Position numbers and translations under genes: made by a program. From assembly GCA_963776245.1 (NCBI GenBank), contig CAVZLN010000008.1, positions 32,001-96,000 of the forward strand: a stretch of 64,000 bases of DNA, in the 5' to 3' direction. This document shows positions 20,189-29,178 of the stretch, one piece after another. Source of the stretch: Candidatus Eiseniibacteriota bacterium. GTDB lineage: Bacteria; Eisenbacteria; RBG-16-71-46. How positions within the stretch are numbered: position 1 is the first letter of the stretch; every line of letters starts with the position of its first letter. The notes beneath the pieces are model-generated. The model saw only the letters and a program-made list of their open reading frames with translations, was not told the DNA's origin and made no database searches.

Positions 20189-21525
20189 TGGGCCGCGACC
20201 GCCGGGGTGGTCGAGTCGCCGAGCCAGCGCCTCACCAGCATGTCGCGGCGCTCGATCAGGACGCGGGTCACGTAGTCGGCAGCGCGGGGATCCGAGTACC
20301 GCCCGGCCGCGACCGCCGTCCGGATCATCTCGTTCGAGAAGCCCCCGACGATCCGGGCCCCCCAGCGGATGTCCCGATCGGTGCGATCGTCGAAGGCGGG
20401 ATTGGGATAGTCGGGGCGCCATCCTTCGGGATCGAACACCTGAGATTCGACGAACCCGACCGAGGGGATCTCGGGGTCGATGCTGGCTTCCCACGCGAAC
20501 GGGACCAGCCCGAGCGTCAGGAGCTCGCGCCCGCTGACCCCATAGTCGATGTAGTACTCCGTGCCGGTCGGATAGGCGCGCTTCCCGGTGGCGCCGGCGC
20601 CGAGGATCGCGCTGAAGTCGATCAGGTGATGGCGGACGAAGGAACGGTCGGGACCTTTCACCCAGGTGTCGAGCGAGTTCGGCCCGCGGCTGTCCGCATG
20701 ATTGAGCCATGCGCACAGCGTCCACAGTCCGCGCAGCTCGCGCCGCAGCTCGTGCGGGACGAGGTCCTCGGGATCGTCCGGGCGCCGACCGAAGTACTGG
20801 TAGGGGCCGATCGGCTTGCCCTCGAGGAAACGGCTCGCGATGCAGCGGAAGCGGCCTTCGACCGGAGGCGGGACGTTGGCCAGCAGGCGCGCGAGGTAGT
20901 CCGGCGTGATGGGCTGCTTCCGCCCGCCGGCGTCGGTATAGGTCGCGTCCTTGGCGATGTCGAGATCCTCCGCCCGGAAGTAGGCGATGGCGTTGTCGGG
21001 CACGTTGTACCCGGCGGCCCAGAACAGGTGCGAGCCGATGACGTCGCACGCGCTGGCGAGATCGGCGTGGCCCGGCGGATCGAACTTCACGAGGAACCGG
21101 GCGCCAGTCGAGTCCTTGATCTGGAATCCGTGCGTCACGCCCTGGGCCTTGGCGTGCGTGACCTTCCAACGCCCGGCCGCGGGGCCGGTGCCGGGCCCGG
21201 GGCCCTTCATCATCTCCTCCGGAGTCACGGTCCGGAATCCGAGGCGCGGCTGCCACCAGGTGCTGGGCAGGCGCACCTGGTCGTGCTCGTCCACGTTCGC
21301 CGCTTCCCTCGGGTGGCCCGTGATCCTGCGCGCCAGCAGCGGGAGGTCGAAGAACCGCGTCGCCGGGCGCACCACACTGTTGCCGATCAGGTCGTAGTCA
21401 TAGGAGTACTCGCGTTCCGCGGGAGCCCGGGGTCCGGCGCTCTCCGGGCCTGCCGCGCGCACGGAAGAGGCCAGGGCCAGGGCGAGCCCGGCGAGGCAGG
21501 CGAGCCGGCGCGACACGTACTTCAT
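20185..21525 (-). CDS. Secreted hypothetical protein with atypical kinase-like (HipA/PI3K/CotH-like) motifs
   Basis: Signal peptide MKYVSRRLACLAGLALALASSVRA; FLVKFD, HLFWAAGYNVP, WLNHADSRGPN, HLIDFS. Confidence 0.7.
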   Translation of the reverse strand: MKYVSRRLACLAGLALALASSVRAAGPESAGPRAPAEREYSYDYDLIGNSVVRPATRFFDLPLLARRITGHPREAANVDEHDQVRLPSTWWQPRLGFRTVTPEEMMKGPGPGTGPAAGRWKVTHAKAQGVTHGFQIKDSTGARFLVKFDPPGHADLASACDVIGSHLFWAAGYNVPDNAIAYFRAEDLDIAKDATYTDAGGRKQPITPDYLARLLANVPPPVEGRFRCIASRFLEGKPIGPYQYFGRRPDDPEDLVPHELRRELRGLWTLCAWLNHADSRGPNSLDTWVKGPDRSFVRHHLIDFSAILGAGATGKRAYPTGTEYYIDYGVSGRELLTLGLVPFAWEASIDPEIPSVGFVESQVFDPEGWRPDYPNPAFDDRTDRDIRWGARIVGGFSNEMIRTAVAAGRYSDPRAADYVTRVLIERRDMLVRRWLGDSTTPAVAAQ

Positions 21526-22871
21526 TCCACACCCCCGATCGAGAATCGCAGTCGCGCCGCCTCACGGCTGAAATCGAACCCGATCGAGGCACGGGGCGCG
21601 CGGTCGTCCCTCACCCGCAGCGCGAACCCGAACGAGTTGTGCAGCGTGTTGGGCTTCGCGTCGCTCCAGAGGTCCGGATAGACGGCGCCCCATTCCGAAT
21701 GAAGATCCATCTCGAGGCGCCGCTCGAGCGGGAAGACGTAATCGAGCCGCGTGAGCAGCAGGTCCAGGTCGTGGAATCGTCCGGGCGAATAGCCTCCCAG
21801 GCCGGCATGGCCGCCGAGCATGGAAAGGTCCGAGATGAGCAGACGATCCCGGTTCGAGCCGGCCTGCAGGTCGGCCATGCGCACCAAGAGCCGCACGGTC
21901 CGGGGGTCGCGCATGAACGAGAGCCCCACTTCGGCCTCGGCCTGGTAACGCGTGAACTGCGCGCCGCCGCCGGCGCTCGAGTGCAGCGCGAGCGCGTGGG
22001 TCGGCACGTCGAAGCGCTCCGCGGAGAGCAGCGCACGCCAGCCGCGGCTCCAGTGCGGCGATCCGGCGCGCCGGTCGTGCAGCACGCTGGCGCCATAGAC
22101 CAGGTTCTCGACGCGGCGGTCCAGCGTCATGGCCCCCAGCGCGGGAAAGCGCGTCTGGTAGGAGACCTCGCCGGTCTCGCGGCCCACGCGGGTGACCCGG
22201 CTGAGCGGGCCGCCCCAGAGGAGGAGGGCCGAATGCGTCCGCGCGGGATCGCGCTCGCGGTTCGACTCCCAGACCAGGCCGCCGCGTACGGACTCGCTCT
22301 GGCTGGCGTAGTCCGAGACGCTGTCCTCAGCGGCCCGGTTGCCGATGCCGTAGAACTGTTCCTGCGGCCGCCACTCGTAGCCGTACTGCAGGGACAGCGG
22401 ACGGCCGGACCAGGTCAGCCGGGTGCGATTGTAGGAGTGGAGCGTGCCGGCATATTCAGCGCTGGCCCGGCTCTCGAGCGCGCCGTGCAGCAGATCCTTG
22501 CGAACCTCGACCGCGCCTCCCAGACCGATCCGGTCCCCCATCGCCGGGGTCTTGAGCACGACCAGGCTTCCCCCGGTCCCCTGGGATGACGTCAGGACAT
22601 TCGCGAATCGCGGGCTCTGCTCGAGGCGGAAGAGCAGATCCCCGGTCACGAAGCCCAGCCCTGAGAGCGGCAGGGAGACGATCCTGCCCGGCAGCAACAG
22701 GGCCTGCTCCCAGCCCTGCCGCCTCGCCATCGCGTGCGGAGGATTCCACGGCACCCCGGACGACGCGCCGAGGGTGTCGGGAACCTCGGAGGCCGCATGG
22801 GCGGACCCGCCGAAGGCCACGGGTGACAGGAGCAGGAGGGCGATGAGCGGGGATCGTGCGACGAGCTTCAC
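21522..22871 (-). CDS. Omp85 (BamA/TamA-like) outer-membrane beta-barrel without POTRA domains
   Basis: GTG start and signal peptide (VKLVARSPLIALLLLSPVAFGGSAHA); QFYGIGN, FTRYQAEAE, LGGHAGLGGYSPGRFHD (variant of the LRGY..RF.D lid motif); amphipathic C-terminal strands. Confidence 0.65.
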   Translation of the reverse strand: MKLVARSPLIALLLLSPVAFGGSAHAASEVPDTLGASSGVPWNPPHAMARRQGWEQALLLPGRIVSLPLSGLGFVTGDLLFRLEQSPRFANVLTSSQGTGGSLVVLKTPAMGDRIGLGGAVEVRKDLLHGALESRASAEYAGTLHSYNRTRLTWSGRPLSLQYGYEWRPQEQFYGIGNRAAEDSVSDYASQSESVRGGLVWESNRERDPARTHSALLLWGGPLSRVTRVGRETGEVSYQTRFPALGAMTLDRRVENLVYGASVLHDRRAGSPHWSRGWRALLSAERFDVPTHALALHSSAGGGAQFTRYQAEAEVGLSFMRDPRTVRLLVRMADLQAGSNRDRLLISDLSMLGGHAGLGGYSPGRFHDLDLLLTRLDYVFPLERRLEMDLHSEWGAVYPDLWSDAKPNTLHNSFGFALRVRDDRAPRASIGFDFSREAARLRFSIGGVE

Positions 22872-22992
22872 GTGCCATCCGAGTGGTGAGGGTTCGAGGT
22901 CGCGCTGCACCGGGAGCCGCGGGATGCCCCGCACGACCGGACGCCGCGTGATCGAGAGGGACCGCGCCGTTGGCGATCGGGACACGGAGGAC

Positions 22993-23011
22993 AGGGCACT
23001 TCTTGTGCCAG
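22993..23011 (-). promoter_or_regulatory. Putative sigma54 promoter of the Omp85-kinase-phosphatase-NTT-pit operon
   Basis: Reverse complement is CTGGCACAAGAAGTGCCCT, identical to 8902-8920. Confidence 0.75.
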
Positions 23012-23080
23012 ACGACAGGCGCGAACGGGCACGGCAATCGCCCCATCCATGGGGCCCCGGGGCCATGGACATGCGGTGCC

Positions 23081-23117
23081 TTGTAAGTCCTTCCCGCATG
23101 CCGGGCACGTCTTACAA
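23081..23117. promoter_or_regulatory. Palindromic upstream activator sequence (motif A, copy 2)
   Basis: Minus strand TTGTAAGACGTGC...AGGACTTACAA, 69 nt upstream of the promoter (68 nt in copy 1). Confidence 0.7.
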
Positions 23118-23256
23118 CCCGGATCCGCGGCGCATCGGCGGCCGCCCGCCGTGCGCGCGAGGGAGGCGCGAGCGACTTCGGGAGAACGGCGGAGGCGCTC
23201 GAAAGACGTGCTCGCGCGGCCGACGCATCGAGACGGTGGATCGCGACCGGCCGGGC

Positions 23257-23281
23257 GGGACCGGGTTGAAGAAACTTCCGT
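23257..23281. promoter_or_regulatory. Putative activator-binding site (motif B, copy 2)
   Basis: GGGACCGGGTTGAAGAAACTTCCGT; 23/25 identical to the reverse complement of 1048-1072. Confidence 0.6.
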
Positions 23282-23410
23282 GGCTTGAAGACTTCTCCAT
23301 CCCCGGAGCCCTCCGGACGCACCCAGGGGTCTCTCATCGGCTGGCGCCGATGGTCGCCAGGGCATTCGTCGGCAATGGGTTGTTGCGGCCGACGATCTTC
23401 CCGCGCACGC

Positions 23411-23425
23411 TGGCATCAATCTGGC
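23411..23425 (+). promoter_or_regulatory. Putative sigma54 promoter
   Basis: TGGCATCAATCTGGC (GG-N10-GC). Confidence 0.55.
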
Positions 23426-23632
23426 TTTGGCCTGGGCATCAGAAGATCGGAGCACGAGCCGATCGGACATGTCGATGTGGGTGATGCAGCGCTGGAAATG
23501 CGGGCGGACTTGGTCAGGCCGCTGTTCGGCCGGGCAATGCGACGCGGCCTCGCTTGCCAACCCGATGTCCGCCCGCTTCATCTGTGCCGTGGGACGCATC
23601 CGCCGCGGAACGTGTCTCGCACGGAGGTCCGC

Positions 23633-24505
23633 CTGAAGCACGCCGCATCCTATGCCGCGGCCACGACCGCGCTGCTCGTGCTTCTCGGTTCCGCGCTGCC
23701 CGCGCGAGCGCAGTTCAACTCGATCGCTCCGCCCTTCGCCAAACTGACCGGCGCGTATCTCTGGGGATCTCTCGGCTCACGCGACGTCCGGCGTCCCGAG
23801 CGGTTCTCCGTCGGCGACCGGCACCCGTTCGTGCGGGGTGGGTTCGCCATGATGCTGGGCCCGTTCGGCGGCCAGCCCGACACGACCGTGACGCTCGATT
23901 CGGTGCGGACCACGGTCGAATGGGTGCAGGCCAGGCCGAGCACGCCGGGCGCGACACGGATGGATACGGTGCGCACCGTTCGTGCCCTGCGCAGCCATCG
24001 CACGCTCCCCGGGCGCGACGGCTGGGTGTCGCTCGCCGTGGGCTACCAGTACGCGAGTGCGTATCGCGTGGACCTTCACGGTGACCGCGGCACCCTCGCC
24101 TCGACGTTCCCTGTGGGCGGGTTCTACGCCAGCGCGTTCTTCGGCCCGTTCCCGGTATGGCATGCGTCGCGGTTCGTCTTCTGGTACGGCACGCTGGGGG
24201 CCAACGTGTCGCAGCTGACCCAGGCCAACGGCCTATGCGACAGCACGCTGGTGCGGTTCGACACCGAGCGCGCGATGGCGCCGGAGGCGTCCCTGCTGCT
24301 GGGCTGGCGCGCGCATCGCGGCGTTCGCATCCTGGGCGGGATCGGTGCGCAGCACATCCGCTGGTCGTCGATCCGTTACCGCGCGCCGTCCGAACTGCCC
24401 CTGCCCGACCCGGTGATGCGAAAGCTGCCCGACGGGCTGCGGCTCACTTCGGTGCACTTCAGCCTGGGTGTGAGCTTCGACGCCAGCGACCTGTTCGGGA
24501 AGTAG
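23633..24505 (+). CDS. Secreted hypothetical protein, probable outer-membrane beta-barrel
   Basis: GGAGG 5 nt before CTG, then KHAASYAAATTALLVLLGSALPARA signal peptide; amphipathic strands; ends VHFSLGVSFDASDLFGK. GTG at 23612 is an alternative start. Confidence 0.65.
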   Translation: MKHAASYAAATTALLVLLGSALPARAQFNSIAPPFAKLTGAYLWGSLGSRDVRRPERFSVGDRHPFVRGGFAMMLGPFGGQPDTTVTLDSVRTTVEWVQARPSTPGATRMDTVRTVRALRSHRTLPGRDGWVSLAVGYQYASAYRVDLHGDRGTLASTFPVGGFYASAFFGPFPVWHASRFVFWYGTLGANVSQLTQANGLCDSTLVRFDTERAMAPEASLLLGWRAHRGVRILGGIGAQHIRWSSIRYRAPSELPLPDPVMRKLPDGLRLTSVHFSLGVSFDASDLFGK

Positions 24506-24737
24506 CCCGGCCGGGACGCGCGCGACCCGCGCCACGCCCGATCGCTCCCGGGCGCGCCCGCGTCCGCGCCCCGCGCCGGTTGGGCGTTCGCCGGCGGACT
24601 GCTAGGCTGCCGCGGGACGTGCAGGGCTCCCCCGACGGTGTTCCTCATCCAGACCGCTGCGCCCGGCTGCTCCGGTGACTCTCGCCGGCACGAGGTGCGG
24701 TCCGCGACCAGCAGGCGGCTTCATCGGGAGCGAGAGC

Positions 24738-25907
24738 ATGCGGATGACGATGTCGAAGCGGACGCGCGGGTGGTCGATCGCCGCCGCGCTGGGGATCGTC
24801 GCGCTGATCGCCATCTTCTCAGTCCGCGGCCCCCGCGGCATCGAGGTGGAGGTGGTCCGCGCCGAGCCGGGGCTGGTCGAAGACGCGGTCTCCAACAGCC
24901 AGGCGGGGACCGTGAAGTCCCGGCAGCGTTCGCGCCTGGGGGTCGAGAGCACCGGGCGCGTGATCGCCATCCTGAGGCGCGAGGGCTCACACGTGCGCCG
25001 CGGTGAACTGCTCCTGCAGCTCGACCCGGTCATCGCGCGCGGCCAGCTCGACCTCGCCCGCCGCGAGGATGAGGCCGCGCGCGCCACGGTCGAGTCCGCC
25101 CAGGCCTCGGCCACGCTCGCCGAGCGCGACTTCCGGCGGGTCGAGGAGCTGTTCGGACAGGGACTGGCGTCGGCCGGGCAGATGGACGAGGCGCGCTCGC
25201 GTCATCAGACCGCGGCGGCCGGACTCAAGGCCGCGCGGGCGCGCCTCGAGCAGGCGCGGTCCTCGGCCCGCCTGGCGGCGGATGCGCTCGACCGGCTGCG
25301 CCTCACCGCTCCGTTCAGTGGCGTCGTCACCCAGCGCTACGTCGAGGTCGGGGAGTCGGTGGTGCCCGGTCAGCCGGTGCTCGAGCTGCTCGACCCGGGC
25401 ACCCTCTACGTGAGCGCGCCGATCGACGAGATGGACATCGGCCGCCTGCGAGCCGGGCCTGCCGTCGCGCGTCACCCTCGATCCCTATCCCGGCGTGGTC
25501 TGGCGCGGCACCGTGGTACGGGTCGCGCCGTTCGTCAACGACGTCCAGCAGCAGAACCGCACGCTCGAGATCGAGGTCACTTTGCCGCTGGAACCCGGCC
25601 AGCCGCTGCCCAAGCCGGGGGCGTCCGCCGACGTCGAGGTGATCCTCCAGCGCCGCGACGGCGTGCTGCGCGTGCCCACCTCCGCGGTGCTCGAGGGCCA
25701 CCGGGTGCTGGTGGCGGAGCGCGGGCGAGCGCTCTCGCGGGAGGTCACGACCGGGCTCAAGAACTGGGAGTGGACCGAGATCGCCTCGGGGCTGCGGCGC
25801 GGCGACCAGGTGATCACCAGCATCGACCGCCAGGGCGTCAAGCCGGGAGTGGCGGTGCAGGCACGGAGCGCGTCGCCGCCCTCCCCGCGGCGGGCGCGAG
25901 GCCATGA
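24738..25907 (+). CDS. Periplasmic adaptor (MFP) of a MacAB-type exporter; frameshifted near 25460
   Basis: N-terminal [22 protein letters not shown], alpha-hairpin, [20 protein letters not shown]. Confidence 0.8.
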   Translation: MRMTMSKRTRGWSIAAALGIVALIAIFSVRGPRGIEVEVVRAEPGLVEDAVSNSQAGTVKSRQRSRLGVESTGRVIAILRREGSHVRRGELLLQLDPVIARGQLDLARREDEAARATVESAQASATLAERDFRRVEELFGQGLASAGQMDEARSRHQTAAAGLKAARARLEQARSSARLAADALDRLRLTAPFSGVVTQRYVEVGESVVPGQPVLELLDPGTLYVSAPIDEMDIGRLRAGPAVARHPRSLSRRGLARHRGTGRAVRQRRPAAEPHARDRGHFAAGTRPAAAQAGGVRRRRGDPPAPRRRAARAHLRGARGPPGAGGGARASALAGGHDRAQELGVDRDRLGAAARRPGDHQHRPPGRQAGSGGAGTERVAALPAAGARP

Positions 25908-26691
25908 GCGTCTCGGACGGCGGATCGCAGGTCCGACCGCTGTCCGCGCCGGGTGAGGCCGAGCGCCGGGCGCGCGACCGAAGCGGCGTCATCCTGCGCG
26001 TCGAACACCTCACGCGCCTCTATCAGGTCGGCGATTCCGAGGTGCGCGCGGTCGACGACATCTCGCTGGTGGTGCGCCGCGGCGAGTTCGTCGCGCTGAT
26101 GGGACCGTCGGGCTCGGGCAAGTCCACGCTGCTGAACCTGCTCGGCTGCCTCGACACGCCCACCTCGGGGCGCTACGTGCTCGACGGCGAGGCGGTGCAG
26201 GACCTCGGCGAGGACCGGCTCGCCGACGTGCGCCAGCGCCGCATCGGCTTCGTGTTCCAGGCCTATCACCTGGTGGCCGCGCATGACGGCGGCGCGCAAC
26301 GTCGAGCTGCCGATGATCTTCGCCGGGCTCGATCCCGCCGCCGCCGCGAGCGGGTGGCGCGGGCGCTCGACGCGGTCGGGCTCGGCCACCGCGCGCACCA
26401 CCGCCCGACGCAGCTCTCGGGCGGCGAGCGCCAGCGCGTCGCGATCGCGCGCGCGATCGTCAACCAGCCGGCGATCCTGCTGGCCGACGAGCCGACCGGC
26501 AACCTCGACACGCGCGCCGGCGGCGAGATCGTGGCGCTGCTCGAGCGGCTGAACCGCGACGGGCTCACGCTCGTGCTGGTGACCCACGATCCGGCCAGTC
26601 GGGCGCGCACGCGGGCCGCATCCTGCAGCATGCGCGACGGCCGCTCCTGGACGAGCGGCGCGACCGGCGGAGGCGGCGTCGCCGAGTGTAG
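25904..26691 (+). CDS. ABC ATP-binding protein, LolD/MacB type; frameshifted, end approximate
   Basis: [44 protein letters not shown]. Confidence 0.85.
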
Positions 26692-27906
26692 GAACGACGA
26701 CCTGCTCGGCGCTGGCGCTCGAGTCGCCTGCGGCTCCACCGCCTGCGCACCGCGCTCACCGTCACCGGCATCCTCGTCGGCGTGACCGCGGTGATCCTGC
26801 TCACCGCGCTCGGCGAGGCGGCCAAGCGCTACGTGGTCCAGGAGTTCGCGGGCATCGGCACCAACCTGATCATGATCACGCCCGGGCGCACCGAGACCCA
26901 GGGCATCCCGGGCGCGACCGTCGGCGCGGTGCGCAACCTGACCATCGAGGACGCCGAGGCCGTCGCGCGCGAGGCGTCGGCGGTCGCAGCTGGTGGCGCC
27001 GCTCTCGCTCGGGCACGGCCGCCGTTCGAGTACGCGGGGCGCACGCGCGACGTCCGCGTCCTCGGCACCACGGCGGCCTACGCCCAGGTGCGCAACATGA
27101 CGCTGCTCACCGGCCGCTTCCTGCCGGCGGGCGACCCGCGCCGCGGCGAGCCGGTGGCGGTGATCGGGCGCACGCTCGCGCGCGAGGTGTTCGCGGGCGA
27201 GAACCCGCTCGGCGAGCCGGTGCGCATCGGCCGCTGGCGCTTCCGCGTCATCGGCGTGCTCGAAGGCGAAGGGCAGCGCCTGGGCCTCAACATCGACGAT
27301 GCCGCGCTCGTCCCGGTGGCGACCGCGCTGCGCATGTTCGACCAGCCGAGCCTGTTCCGCATCGCGCTCAAGGCGCACCGACGCGACCGCGGTGCCGCAG
27401 GCCGCCGAGCAGGCGCGACGGATCCTGACGCGACGGCACGACGACGAGGAGGACTTCACGATGATCACGCAGGACGCCATGCTCGCCACGTTCCGTGCGG
27501 TGATCGAGGCCCTCACCGCCGCGCTCGCGGGCATCGCCGCCATCTCGCTCGCGGTGGCCGGCATCGGGATCATGAACGTGATGCTGGTCTCGGTCTCGGA
27601 GCGCACCGGCGAGGTCGGACTGCTCAAGGCGCTCGGCGCGCGGCGGCGGCAGATCCTGCGGCTGTTCCTGGCCGAGGCGGTGCTGCTCTCGGGCGGCGGC
27701 GCGCTCGCGGGCATCGCGCTCGGGGTCGCGATCGTCTGTACGCGGCGGCGGGCCTCTGGCCCGACCTGTCCCGCTGCGCCCGAGCCCGGTGCTGGATCGG
27801 GCTGGTGACGGCGCTCGCGCTCGCGGCGGGCCTGGCGTTCGGGCTCATGCCCGCGCGCCGCGCCGCGCGTCTGCCGGCGGCCGAGGCGCTGCGGGGTCGC
27901 GCATGA
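26686..27906 (+). CDS. ABC permease, MacB/FtsX type (1); several frameshifts, start approximate
   Basis: [59 protein letters not shown]. Confidence 0.8.
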
Positions 27907-29109
27907 GGCTGCGCCGACCTGCTCGCGCTCTCGCTCGAGGCGCTGCGCGGCCATCGCCTGCGCTACGCCCTCACCGCGCTGGCGGTCGCGGTGGGCATCG
28001 CCGCGGTGGTGCTGCTGTCCTCGATCGGCGAGGGCACCAAGCGCTTCATCGTCGGACAGCTCGCCCAGTTCGGCACCGACATCATCGCGGTCTACCCCGG
28101 CAAGACCGAGACCGGTGGCCTGCCCGGGCATGATGGGCGGCAGCATGCGCAAGCTCTCGCTCGACGACGCGCGCGCGATCGCGCGACTGCCCGGGCGTGG
28201 CCGGCGTGGTGCCCGACCGTGTCCGGCACCGCGGTGTGCGAGTACGGCGGGCGCTCGCGGCGCACCTACGTGTTCGGCGCGTCGCCGCAGGTCCCGGCGG
28301 TGTTCTCGATGAAGGTCGCGCAGGGCGAGTTCTTCCCGCCGATGGACTACGACCGCGCCGCGTCGGTGGCGGTGCTCGGCCCGCGGCTCAAGCGTGAGCT
28401 GTTCGGCGACGCCAACCCGCTCGGCGCGGCCATGCGGATCGGCCAGTGGCGCTTCCGCGTGGTCGGGGTGATGGAGTCGAAGGGGCAGATCCTCGGCTTC
28501 GACCTCGACGACTGCGTCTGGGTGCCGGTCGCCAGCGCGATGCGCCTGCTCAACCGCCCCGAGATCGACGAGCTGGACGTGCTCGCCGCCTCATCGGCCG
28601 AGATCGATCCGGTGGCCGAGCGCATCCGCCGCCTGCTGTTCGAGCGCCACGACCGCCGCGAGGACTTCACGCTCATGACCCAGAAGGAGGGCCAGGAGAT
28701 GGTGGGCCGCGTGCTCGACATCGTCACCATCGTCGTGACGAGCATCGCGGCCATCAGCCTGCTGGTCGGCGCCATCGGCATCCTGACCATCATGTGGATC
28801 GTGGTGCGCGAGCGCACCGCGGAGATCGGCCTGGTGAAGGCGCTCGGCGCGACCCAGGGGCAGATCCTGGTCTGGTACCTGTTCGAGGCCGGCGCCACCT
28901 CGCTCGCGGGCGGGGTGGCCGGACTGCTGGTGGGCGGCGGCGGCGCCTGGCTGCTGCGCGCGGCGGTGCCGGGGCTCGAGAGCTACACCTCTCCCGCCAC
29001 CGTGGCCTTGGCACTCGGGGTGGCGCTGGCGGTCGGGGTCGCTGCCGGGGTCGCGCCGGCGCTGCACGCGGCGCAGCTCGATCCGGTCGAGGCACTGCGC
29101 GGCGAATGA
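27903..29109 (+). CDS. ABC permease, MacB/FtsX type (2); frameshifts near the 5' end
   Basis: [48 protein letters not shown]. Confidence 0.8.
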
Positions 29110-29178
29110 GTCCCGCGCCGCGCCGCCCGTCACGCGCGGGGTGCGGGCCGGACCCTCATGGCTTCGCGCCACGCGCGA

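Noticed and set aside
20185..21525. HipA toxin of a toxin-antitoxin pair
   Set aside because: It has a signal peptide and no neighbouring HTH antitoxin.
8902..23011. 19-bp inverted repeats as ends of a transposon or invertible segment
   Set aside because: No transposase or recombinase is present, and each copy fits a -24/-12 promoter with an enhancer outside the repeat and a gene start downstream.
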